A stretch of 64,000 nt of DNA from Aulosira sp. ZfuVER01 (GTDB lineage Bacteria; Cyanobacteriota; Cyanobacteriia; Cyanobacteriales; Nostocaceae). The DNA lies in NCBI GenBank assembly GCA_034530615.2, contig JAVRCV020000083.1, forward strand, positions 1-64,000, in the 5' to 3' direction. Under the pieces are notes generated by a model. That model was not told the origin of the DNA. It was given only the letters and a program-made list of their open reading frames with translations, and did not search any database. The translations under genes and the position numbers were made by a program. Positions 55,057-64,000 of the stretch are shown in pieces (within the stretch, counting starts at the first letter, position 1; each line of letters begins with the position of its first letter).

Positions 55057-55191
55057 ATGTCTGTACGTTATAACCAAAATCATGCTCCCTTAGTGAAAGT
55101 AGTTTACTCCCAAGTAAAAGTTAATGGCAAAATCGAGTTAGTACCATTAGAGCTATATGCTGATGGTTCGCTAAAGCGAGTTACAGGATGA
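55057..55191 (+). CDS. small protein, 44 aa (not in the ORF track)
   Basis: GAGG RBS, then MSVRYNQNHAPLVKVVYSQVKVNGKIELVPLELYADGSLKRVTG*. Confidence 0.65.
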   Translation: MSVRYNQNHAPLVKVVYSQVKVNGKIELVPLELYADGSLKRVTG

Positions 55192-55907
55192 GAGTTAACA
55201 TTTATTGTGAGAATTAGGTATTAAGTAGGGGATATTAGGCAATATTTTCCAAGTATTCAGCGAGTCTAATTCGCTACTATACAATTTAAGTCGGCTTTGA
55301 AGTTAGGAAAAATCACCCTCCATATCACTTCTGTGGGTGCATTCTACTATAAAATCTGAATTTCAAACTTTATCCTGTAGGATTAGGATGTGTGCAAAAT
55401 CAATCACTACTTCTAGTCGTCTAGGAATGTATTTAATGAGACTTATAAAAAATCATTTAATACTAATTCCTTGAATTCTAGGTAAAAATTGTTATTTCCT
55501 GGTTCCCTACTGCCTATTTGAAGCAATTCATTAATTCTTCTATATTCCACTTTTAATAATGATACGGGTAAGGGTTTAGCAGTGCTAAACCCCTGCGAAA
55601 AATCTATATGTATCAGGATTTTCACAAATTGGTATGACTGATTTTTGAAACAATGACCGCTTAATATAGTTGTGATTGCGTAGGCGATTAGCCTTCCCGA
55701 AGGGTACGCAGCGATCGCAGAGTGAACCAATCTCAAATCTTGTCTTGCGATTGTTACCCTGCGGTAATGCTCTGCGAACGTGTCTGCGTTACACTTGCAA
55801 TGACATATCACAGGTTATTTGCTGAACATGATATCAAATATGAAGTGTATATATAGGTTTAAACTAGAGAATACGCTTTTATAGTTGCTGACGCGCCTGA
55901 ACTAAAC

Positions 55908-56288
55908 ATGAAACTGGTGGAATTATCCCAGGAAACGTTAGAAAAAATTAAGTCTGTGCGATGGGATAGAACCATCGAAAAACATGAAGGGCCAGAAGAT
56001 TGGTCTGCGGTTCTGCGGTGCTCTAAGCCAGAATTTATCATGGTTGAAGGACATCCCGTGCTTTTACCTGTAGACAAGTCCCATCACGCCAATATTACAA
56101 TTATCCGAGCGATTTTTAGTATTGATGGTAAGTCCTTAACTCTGTTTCTCAAGGACACAACTTTTGATGATGACCCTTTTTTTTCAGGCTTTGTGGCAGT
56201 TTGCGATCGCGTGGTCGGTGAAGATTTCTTTGTAGCAATTTTATACCACGAATGGTTTGTAATTGAGCGATCGCCCGTTTTAGAATAA
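55908..56288 (+). CDS. hypothetical protein
   Basis: 126-aa ORF with protein-like composition (EKHEGP..W, FLKDTT, YHEWF). Confidence 0.75.
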   Translation: MKLVELSQETLEKIKSVRWDRTIEKHEGPEDWSAVLRCSKPEFIMVEGHPVLLPVDKSHHANITIIRAIFSIDGKSLTLFLKDTTFDDDPFFSGFVAVCDRVVGEDFFVAILYHEWFVIERSPVLE

Positions 56289-56341
56289 ATCTTGAGTTCT
56301 CGCACTAGTTTACTGAGTGTCAGTTGTGCTTGGGGAAGATA

Positions 56342-56737
56342 ATGAGCCAAGATTCCGAAAATACTTTAAAAGTTGCCCAGCAGGGATTTGAATATTTTAC
56401 GCATGGTTTAGCAACAGGCGAATGGCAAGAATTTCTAGATATGCTTACAGAAGATTTTACCTTTTGGTTTCCCATAGGTAAATTTCAAGGTTGGAATGAA
56501 GGGAAAGAACGAGCTAAAGAGTTTTTTCAGTATGTTACTGTATGTTTTAATCCTGGTATAAAACTGACTTCCCTAGACCGAGTTACTAGTAACGAAACGA
56601 CCGTTGTCTTTCAGTTTCGGGATGAAGGACTGTTACTAGGACAACCTTATCAAAATCGGGTAGCAGTTTCCTTTAATGTGCGTGGCGACAAAATTTGCGC
56701 CTATCGGGAATACTTTGGTAGCGATGGTAAACCTTAA
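56342..56737 (+). CDS. nuclear transport factor 2 / SnoaL-like protein
   Basis: LDMLTEDF.FWFP…Y.NRVAVSF.VRGDKI..YREYF. Confidence 0.85.
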   Translation: MSQDSENTLKVAQQGFEYFTHGLATGEWQEFLDMLTEDFTFWFPIGKFQGWNEGKERAKEFFQYVTVCFNPGIKLTSLDRVTSNETTVVFQFRDEGLLLGQPYQNRVAVSFNVRGDKICAYREYFGSDGKP

Positions 56738-57198
56738 TTATTCTCCAGATTTGGTTGATTAATTTCTTTGCTTTTAGCCTCTGCGGCTTGATACGCATCT
56801 AAGTAATTTTGGCCACCCAACATCACATCACCATAATACTCATAAGGTGCGTCGCCATAGATTGGTAAGGGGTCATCTTCGGGATAATCTTCTTTGGATT
56901 CTTCGATAATTGCTTTTAGTTGCTTGACAGTGAAGCTTTCTGCTGGATAGTAGTAAAGCTGCTGAGTATTCTTTTGCAGATGTGGTAGGTTGGGATCGAC
57001 AATAGACTCGTCTAATTCAATCCAAGCGTGTTCAACAGGTCGGTATGGCTGACCAGGAAAAACTAAAAATCCCTGGACATACTTTGCTTTCTCTGTCGCC
57101 AGTGCTGCTTTATAAGCATTATCAAAGGTTTTTTTGGCTTTGCTTTTGATGCGTTGAGAAATTTCAACCGAAAGCGCTTCATCCAATGGTTTATTCAT
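56734..57198 (-). CDS. conserved hypothetical protein
   Basis: MNKPLDEALS…YVQG…EHAW..DP motif. Confidence 0.75.
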   Translation of the reverse strand: MNKPLDEALSVEISQRIKSKAKKTFDNAYKAALATEKAKYVQGFLVFPGQPYRPVEHAWIELDESIVDPNLPHLQKNTQQLYYYPAESFTVKQLKAIIEESKEDYPEDDPLPIYGDAPYEYYGDVMLGGQNYLDAYQAAEAKSKEINQPNLENN

Positions 57199-57533
57199 CG
57201 ATGGCAATGAGTCAAGCAGCTACTCCAACATCCTACCACTCGTAGGGATTTGAGTTGCTACAGTTGCATAATTAAACCCTTTGTTATCGACTAATTTCTC
57301 TGTTTTGCTTTCTCTGTAGCCACTTCAGGCTTAACGTTTCCGTGTTTCGTGTAGTCTGTAGCAACTTCCGTTAATTATTTCATTAAGCATATTGCCCTCC
57401 TATAATTCTCTTCTGGAGGGGATTTTATTACTTAAATTACCTCTTGCGATCGCCTGAATATATTACTAACAACTTGGGTTACTATTTTGGGTTACGATAT
57501 TTCATTACTTCACAAAATTGTCCTGCTCCCACC

Positions 57534-60500
57534 TCATTTTAAATTAGTATTATCAGCTTTGTAATCGTTGATAAATAAGCGTAGTTGTTTTTCCTGAAAA
57601 TTTCTAGCCAATTCACCGACTCGTTCCGCAAAGGGAATATATTTTGCATCTAAATCTTTTAAACGTTCAACTTGTTGAGTGACAGCTTTTAGATTACCTC
57701 TCATTACCAAATCATATAAAATTACAATTTCTTCATCGGGTGGCGGCACTAAATCATAAGTATTATCTAATGGCACGGATTGATTTACCTTTTTATCAAG
57801 GTGAGATGACTGTTGATATACCCAAGATATCCCTAAATGTTTTTGTAGCAATCCAAATAATTCAGCAGCCTGTACGGGTTTGGGTAAAAAAGCATTTGCA
57901 CCAACATCCAGACTTTTATGCTGGTCAGCTTCAAAGACACTGGCTGAAGAAACAATAATGACTAAATCTTTAAATTGAGATTGAGAGCGAAGAAGGCTTA
58001 CTAACTCAAAACCGCTCATACCAGGCATGACTAAATCAGTGATAATAGCATGAAATTGGCAAGAATTAATTTGTGTTAAAGCTTCCTGAGCATTAGCAGC
58101 TTCTAAAACTTCAAAACCCAAGGGTGCTAACAAATTAACCAGCACAGCTCGATTTTTCCAACGATCGTCGATTACGAGAATTTTCAGTTTAACTCCCTGA
58201 TAGCCAGCAATCGCTGATTGTGGCTCAATTAACGATTCCCATTCACTCGCAGACGACAAGTCTATCTCAAACCAAAACTGGCTGCCACTATTTAATTGAC
58301 TGTTAACTCGAATATTACCACCCATCATTTCGACAATTTTTAAGCTAATTGCCAATCCCAAACCCGTTCCTTCTGCCATCTTCTCGGTATGGCCTACCTG
58401 TACAAAAGGCTGAAAAATTTTCTGCATTTGCTCTTCACCAATGCCAACTCCGGTATCTTCAATTTGAAAGCGGATAGTGTTGATCGTGTTCAATAGCTGA
58501 GGGCTGGGTTCTAAACTTACTGATTTTATGAGTTGAACGTTAAAAGTAACACCCCCGCGATCAGTAAATTTGACTGCATTACCCAAGAGATTTATTAGCA
58601 CTTGTCTTAAGCGTTTTTCGTCTGCTTGGACGTTAGTGGGCAAAGAAGGATCAAATTGGCAAGTAAAACTGATGGCTTTTTGTTTGGCTTTGAGGTGAAA
58701 TATTTGGCTAACTTCCTCTAAAAATGCCCAAAAGTGAAATTGTTTGGCGTTAATTTCTATTTTCCTGGCTTCGATTTTAGAAAAATCGAGAATGTCGTTA
58801 ATCAAAGTGAGCAAATGAGAACCACATTGATGAATTATTTCCACACTGCTCAAATCTGGAGAGCTTAGATTTTTTGAGCTTGTCAGGATTTGAGCGTAGC
58901 CTAGGATTCCGTTAAGGGGTGTGCGAAGTTCATGGCTCATATTTGCCAAAAATTCGCTTTTGGCTTTGTTAGCAGCATCGGCAGCTTCCTTGGCTACTTG
59001 CAATTCTATTTCTGCTTGTTTGCGATCTGTAAGATCCGTGTGAGAACCGACCAAACGTAGGGGTTGGTTTTCTACATCCCGCTCCACAACCCGACCTCGC
59101 GATAGTATCCACCTGTAGCGACCGTTTTTGTGTCGCATCCGAAATTCCCAACTGTAAGGTTCGTTACTTCCACTGTTTAAATACTCTTCTAAAGAGTCTA
59201 ATACTGGGTGCAAATCATCAGGGTGAACTAGTGTTTCCCAAGAGCTAAATAGGTTGGGAATTTCGCTGTCTTGATAACCCAGCATAGCTTTCCATTGGGG
59301 TGAAAAATAGATGGAGTTGGTTTTAATATGCCAATCCCAGATCCCCTCATTAACACTTTCTAGAGTTAATTGATATCTCAGTTCGCTTTCTTGGAGTATT
59401 TCTTGTATTTGTTGGCGATCTCGTATTTCTTGCTTTAAGGCTTGAGTTCTTTCTGATACTTTTTCTTCTAAGGAGCGTGAGTAATCTTCTAATTGTTCAT
59501 AAGATTGCTTGAGTTGCTGACTCATGAGATTGAAAGAAGTAGCTAAGGCACTTACTTCTTTAATGGAAGAAGTGGTTGCTGTTTGCTCAAATTTACCATC
59601 AGCGATCGCCCTTGCAGCTACACCCAAACGCCCAATAGGTAGAGCTATCCGCTGAAAAATGAAAATTCCCGAAGCAGTTGCCAAAAATAGCGCTAAAAGA
59701 CACAATAAAATCGTTATCTGTCTGCTCGCATTAATTTGTTCCATAAAATCATTTTCTGGAACGGCAATAATAATTAACCAATCAATATCTTTACTGTCTT
59801 TAAAAGGCACAATTTGTACGAATTTTTTTTGCCCATTAAGTAAAAATTCTAATTGTTGAGAATTTTGAATAGAATTGAGATTTTTAAATCGCTCTATTAA
59901 ATATTTGGCAGTAGCTTTGGTTAAAACATCTTTACTATCTGTGGCTAGAAATCTTTGCTTATTTCGGTATGGTTTTTCTGATGTGGAAGTAGCCACCAAC
60001 ATTCCATTTTGTTCAATAATAAAAGTCTGTCCAGTTTTGCCAATTTTTAAAGTTTGCAAAAACTTCCCAATCAGGGATAACCGTAGGGTTGTTAACAAGA
60101 CACCAAGAACTTTTCCATTTTTATCAAAAACAGGCTGGCTTGCCGTCATTAGAGGTGTAGGAATAAGCTCACCAAAATAAATTTTACTCCAAGTTTGTTT
60201 GCCAGTTTTTATGCTCTGTTTGTAAGTTTTAAGTTTTCGCAGATCGAAATTTTCAACTACTTTAATTAATTTGAGTCTTTCTCCTTGACTACCAGCAAAA
60301 TACATAGATATTTGATTCGGCTTGGTATTACTTGATGCTTGAATTACTAGCTTTCCTTGACCGTTACTATGAATAGCTATACCTTTACCTTTTTCATTGA
60401 TCGCTACTATGCCATCTACAGTATTAAAACGATGTTTTTGTTGCCAAATATAACGCTCCCATGCTGTCAGGTCTTCCATGCTCAATTGACCCAGACTTAC

Positions 60501-60740
60501 TGCATCAGCATTAATTTGATTAACTAAATGAGGTGTAGCAAGATAGGTATGCAAATTTTGCTCAATTCTTATGGCGATTTCGTCACGCAGTTGTGTTGCA
60601 ACATTATTAACTGCTTTCTGTCCATTTTGTAAAGAAAAATATCCTGTTAATCCCACTGCTGCAAAGATTTGTAAAACAAAAGGAAGAATTAAGGCATTAC
60701 GTAACGGAATTTTCCGGGATATGGAAACATTTGTACACAT
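57534..60740 (-). CDS. hybrid sensor histidine kinase (Cache-HAMP-PAS-HisKA-HATPase-REC)
   Basis: TM-Cache-TM, HAMP, PAS (GIWDW…VHPDD), NMSHELRTPL, GTGLGL, REC. Confidence 0.92.
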   Translation of the reverse strand: MCTNVSISRKIPLRNALILPFVLQIFAAVGLTGYFSLQNGQKAVNNVATQLRDEIAIRIEQNLHTYLATPHLVNQINADAVSLGQLSMEDLTAWERYIWQQKHRFNTVDGIVAINEKGKGIAIHSNGQGKLVIQASSNTKPNQISMYFAGSQGERLKLIKVVENFDLRKLKTYKQSIKTGKQTWSKIYFGELIPTPLMTASQPVFDKNGKVLGVLLTTLRLSLIGKFLQTLKIGKTGQTFIIEQNGMLVATSTSEKPYRNKQRFLATDSKDVLTKATAKYLIERFKNLNSIQNSQQLEFLLNGQKKFVQIVPFKDSKDIDWLIIIAVPENDFMEQINASRQITILLCLLALFLATASGIFIFQRIALPIGRLGVAARAIADGKFEQTATTSSIKEVSALATSFNLMSQQLKQSYEQLEDYSRSLEEKVSERTQALKQEIRDRQQIQEILQESELRYQLTLESVNEGIWDWHIKTNSIYFSPQWKAMLGYQDSEIPNLFSSWETLVHPDDLHPVLDSLEEYLNSGSNEPYSWEFRMRHKNGRYRWILSRGRVVERDVENQPLRLVGSHTDLTDRKQAEIELQVAKEAADAANKAKSEFLANMSHELRTPLNGILGYAQILTSSKNLSSPDLSSVEIIHQCGSHLLTLINDILDFSKIEARKIEINAKQFHFWAFLEEVSQIFHLKAKQKAISFTCQFDPSLPTNVQADEKRLRQVLINLLGNAVKFTDRGGVTFNVQLIKSVSLEPSPQLLNTINTIRFQIEDTGVGIGEEQMQKIFQPFVQVGHTEKMAEGTGLGLAISLKIVEMMGGNIRVNSQLNSGSQFWFEIDLSSASEWESLIEPQSAIAGYQGVKLKILVIDDRWKNRAVLVNLLAPLGFEVLEAANAQEALTQINSCQFHAIITDLVMPGMSGFELVSLLRSQSQFKDLVIIVSSASVFEADQHKSLDVGANAFLPKPVQAAELFGLLQKHLGISWVYQQSSHLDKKVNQSVPLDNTYDLVPPPDEEIVILYDLVMRGNLKAVTQQVERLKDLDAKYIPFAERVGELARNFQEKQLRLFINDYKADNTNLK

Positions 60741-61009
60741 AAATTTTTGGGAAAAATATATTTCTTTATAGCCTAAAACAATAAACCATTGCTGATTATC
60801 CTCATGTCAACTATGATAGTCTTTGCAGTTATGTTAAAAATAAAATACTAAAGATAATAATACGTAGTTTTGGTTGGGTTCTACTGTATATCTTTGAGGA
60901 AGTTTTACAGAATTATATCTCTTTGCATAATGGATAGATAGTTGCTAAAAAGCGCAGATTAATTATTATTTTAGCTGTTTAAAATCATTATATTTTATGA
61001 ACAAAAGCT

Positions 61010-63880
61010 TTGTACAACGCCTTACAAAAACTATTAAGTTTAAGCACTGTACTTTTAATTTTTATTTTCCCTTTTGGACTAGTAGTTTATCAATTAATTG
61101 CGGAAATTGACAGTAAAATTGACTTTGCTAAAAAAGAAAAATTAGGATTAAGTTATAACTATCCTCTAAAAAATTTATTGGTAAATATCATTCAGCACCG
61201 CACACAAGTTAATCAGTATCTAAATGGCGATCGGTCTTTAGCCCAGGCGATTGCTACTGAAACAGACAATATCGAAACTGCTATCCAAAACTTAAATACA
61301 GTAGAACAGCAGTTATCACCTCAACTTCCAACCAGCCCACAATGGATAACAATCAAAACTTCTATTAATAACAAGTGGCAGCAATTAAAAGAGCATAAAT
61401 TAAATTTATCTCCTACCCAAAGCTGGCAAGAACACACAGATATTATTAATGATATCTTAGCTTTAATTGCCCACGTTGGAGATGTTTCTAATCTGATTCT
61501 CGATCCAGCTTTGGATAGCTATTATTTGATGGATACAGTTGTTAATCAGCTGCCAACTACTATAGAAAATACTGCTCAAGCTAAAGATATAGGTACAGAA
61601 GTCGCTCTGAAAAAAAAGATTACAGAGAGTGAAAGAGCGAAACTTTTAATTTTTCAGAGTTTAATTGCTCCACCTTTACAAGAAGTACAAAGAGGCTTAA
61701 AACTTTCTGCTAGTAGTAATCGGCAAATTCAGCCCCAGTTATCAACTAGCATTAACGAAAATTTTGGCAATATTAAAAAATTTATTGATTTATTAAACAA
61801 AGAAATTATTAATAGTAAGAGCATTAATTTACAACCCCAAGTATATAAATTTGTAGCCCAAAATGCTTTAGAATCGCAACTCAAACTTTATGATACAGCT
61901 TTTCCACTTTTAGATATTTTATTGCAGCAGAGAATTACCCAGCTAGTTATTAGAAAATATCAAATAATCGGATTTGGACTGCTAGTTTTAGTAGTAATTA
62001 TTTATGTTTCGATTACATTAGAAAATAACCGCAAAAAAGAACAGAAATTTGCTAAAGAATTGCAGGTTGCTGAAGAGAAATTTCGCAGCATTTTTGAAAA
62101 TGCAATTAACGGTATTTTCCAAATTACACCAACAGATCAATATCTCAGTGCTAATCCAGCTTTGGCAGAAATTTATGGTTACAATTCTCCTGGTGAATTA
62201 ATTGCAAATTTGCACAATATTAAGCAACTTTATGTAAATCCTAGCCGCCGAGAAGAATTTGTCAAAATTATAAGCGATCGCGGCAGCGTCACCGATTTTG
62301 AATCTCAAGTTTATCGCCAGGACGGTAGTATTATCTGGATTTCAGAAAATGCCCGCGCTATTTCCAATGAAAATGGCAATATTCTTTACTACGAAGGCAC
62401 AGTATCCGATATTACTGAATACAAACGTGCCGAACAAGAAATTTATGCTGCCAAAGAAGCCGCAGAAAATGCAAACCGTGCTAAAAGCGAGTTTCTGGCT
62501 AACATGAGTCACGAACTGCGAACTCCTCTTAACGGTATCTTAGGCTATGCTCAAATCCTTAAGCGTTCCCCAGAATTAGGAGAACACCAACAAAATAGCA
62601 TCAATATTATCTACCAGTGCGGTTCCCACCTCCTAACATTAATTAACGATATTCTTGACATATCTAAAATAGAAGCGCAGAAAATGGAACTATACCCTAT
62701 AGATTTTCATTTACCTGCTTTTCTGCACGCAGTTGCAGAAATTTGCCGCATTCGTGCCGAACAAAAAAGTCTTAAATTTAGCTACCAACCAGATCCAGAT
62801 TTACCCCTTGGCATTAATACTGACGAAAAACGCCTACGACAAGTATTAATTAATCTCCTGGGCAATGCCATTAAATTTACAAAAATCGGAGAAGTAAACT
62901 TTAGCGTTACTTTAATTGAAAAAACAGTTAATCTTGACCATCAAATTATCTATAAAATTCGTTTCACCGTTAAAGATACAGGAGTTGGTATTCAGCCAGA
63001 AGAAATAGCCAGAATATTTTTACCTTTTGAACAGGTTGGTTCTCGTAAAAATCAAGCAGAAGGAACTGGCTTAGGATTAGCAATTAGTCAAAAAATTATT
63101 CAATTAATGGGCAGTACAATTCAAGTCACTAGTCAATTACAAATGGGCAGTGTTTTTTGGTTTGATTTAGATTTACTAGAAGCTATTGACTGGGTAAATA
63201 CAACTTCTACAAATGACAAAGGTAAAGTCATTGGATTTGAAGGAAATGTCAAAAAAATTCTCGTGATTGATGACCGTTGGGAAAATCGCTCAGTTATTGC
63301 AAATTTATTGACTCCTCTAGGATTTGAAGTAATAGAAGCAATTAACGGTAAGACTGGATTAGAAATAGCAATTCAGACCAAACCAGATTTAGTAATTACA
63401 GATTTAGTTATGCCCGAAATTGATGGATTTCAACTTATGCAATACTGGCATAAAAACCCACAATTAAAAGATATAAAAATTATTGCTTCTTCCGCCAGTG
63501 TATTTGAAACAGACCAAAGTCAAAGTTTACAAGCTGGAGCAGTAGATTTTTTAGCAAAACCCGTCCAAGCGGAAGAACTGTTAGAAAAGTTAGCATTGCA
63601 TCTACAAATTGAGTGGATTTATCAACCTGAATCATTTACAGCGTTAGACATCAAACTTGCTCCTGAAGAAATTGTCCCTCCCCCAGATGAAATATTAGAA
63701 CAACTGTTGGATCTAGCATTACGAGGTAATTTAAAAGAAATTATCAAACAAGCAGAAGAATTGGAAAAAAATGCCCAAAAATATTTGCCATTTGCCTTAA
63801 AATTAAAGCAGTTAGCTAAGGAATTTCAAGAGAAGAAAATCTTAGAAATGCTTAATAAATACAAGCAAATAAGTTTATGA
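61010..63880 (+). CDS. hybrid sensor histidine kinase (periplasmic sensor-PAS-HisKA-HATPase-REC)
   Basis: TM, SNLILDP.LDSYYL sensor region, TM, PAS, NMSHELRTPL, REC; start codon uncertain. Confidence 0.9.
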   Translation: MYNALQKLLSLSTVLLIFIFPFGLVVYQLIAEIDSKIDFAKKEKLGLSYNYPLKNLLVNIIQHRTQVNQYLNGDRSLAQAIATETDNIETAIQNLNTVEQQLSPQLPTSPQWITIKTSINNKWQQLKEHKLNLSPTQSWQEHTDIINDILALIAHVGDVSNLILDPALDSYYLMDTVVNQLPTTIENTAQAKDIGTEVALKKKITESERAKLLIFQSLIAPPLQEVQRGLKLSASSNRQIQPQLSTSINENFGNIKKFIDLLNKEIINSKSINLQPQVYKFVAQNALESQLKLYDTAFPLLDILLQQRITQLVIRKYQIIGFGLLVLVVIIYVSITLENNRKKEQKFAKELQVAEEKFRSIFENAINGIFQITPTDQYLSANPALAEIYGYNSPGELIANLHNIKQLYVNPSRREEFVKIISDRGSVTDFESQVYRQDGSIIWISENARAISNENGNILYYEGTVSDITEYKRAEQEIYAAKEAAENANRAKSEFLANMSHELRTPLNGILGYAQILKRSPELGEHQQNSINIIYQCGSHLLTLINDILDISKIEAQKMELYPIDFHLPAFLHAVAEICRIRAEQKSLKFSYQPDPDLPLGINTDEKRLRQVLINLLGNAIKFTKIGEVNFSVTLIEKTVNLDHQIIYKIRFTVKDTGVGIQPEEIARIFLPFEQVGSRKNQAEGTGLGLAISQKIIQLMGSTIQVTSQLQMGSVFWFDLDLLEAIDWVNTTSTNDKGKVIGFEGNVKKILVIDDRWENRSVIANLLTPLGFEVIEAINGKTGLEIAIQTKPDLVITDLVMPEIDGFQLMQYWHKNPQLKDIKIIASSASVFETDQSQSLQAGAVDFLAKPVQAEELLEKLALHLQIEWIYQPESFTALDIKLAPEEIVPPPDEILEQLLDLALRGNLKEIIKQAEELEKNAQKYLPFALKLKQLAKEFQEKKILEMLNKYKQISL

Positions 63881-64000
63881 CAAATTTAATTACTTACTCA
63901 AATACGATTTTAGTCGTGGATGATATCCCTGCTAATTTAGCAATATTAGCAAGTTTTCTCAGTGAAGCTAATTTTGAAGTTTTGGTAGCTCAAGATGGAG
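63877..64000 (+). CDS. response regulator receiver protein (truncated by the window edge)
   Basis: ATGA overlap with the upstream stop; MTNLITYSNTILVVDDIPANL…VAQDG. Confidence 0.85.
   Translation, partial: MTNLITYSNTILVVDDIPANLAILASFLSEANFEVLVAQDG

Noticed and set aside
55443..55811. 122-aa minus-strand ORF
   Set aside because: Overlaps repeat/MITE debris and has no protein-like motifs
60997..61012. Out-of-frame ATG 13 nt before the TTG start of the last kinase, suggesting a frameshift
   Set aside because: The TTG-started frame already includes the first TM helix; undecidable without homologs

Overview
AT-rich chromosomal window from a heterocyst-forming cyanobacterium (Nostocales). This is inferred from abundant HIP1 octamers (GCGATCGC), STRR heptamer repeats, small dispersed repeats/MITEs, and a heterocyst envelope polysaccharide (HEP) island-like cluster at about 24.3-48.2 kb. 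That cluster carries rfbF, lhgO, an epimerase, two 2OG-Fe(II) oxygenases, rfbC, a SAF-domain oxidoreductase, wzc, hepC, hepA, several glycosyltransferases and a Wzy/ligase-like protein. It is preceded by a vWA-PP2C-kinase (TerY-P-type) triad and a divergent PatA-family/CheY regulator pair. The left part holds IS remnants, a Firmicutes-like rifamycin phosphotransferase (rph), pheT, an Rpn nuclease followed by a separate duplicate of its C-terminal RpnS-like module, a DUF6745 pseudogene, and a modA-CHASE3 hybrid kinase-response regulator operon whose kinase has an in-frame stop. The right part holds a D-aminoacylase-like amidohydrolase, a 10x21-nt tandem repeat, a GH15/phosphorylase-kinase-like gene, small proteins and two divergent hybrid histidine kinases. 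All family assignments come from motif recognition by eye; no searches were run.
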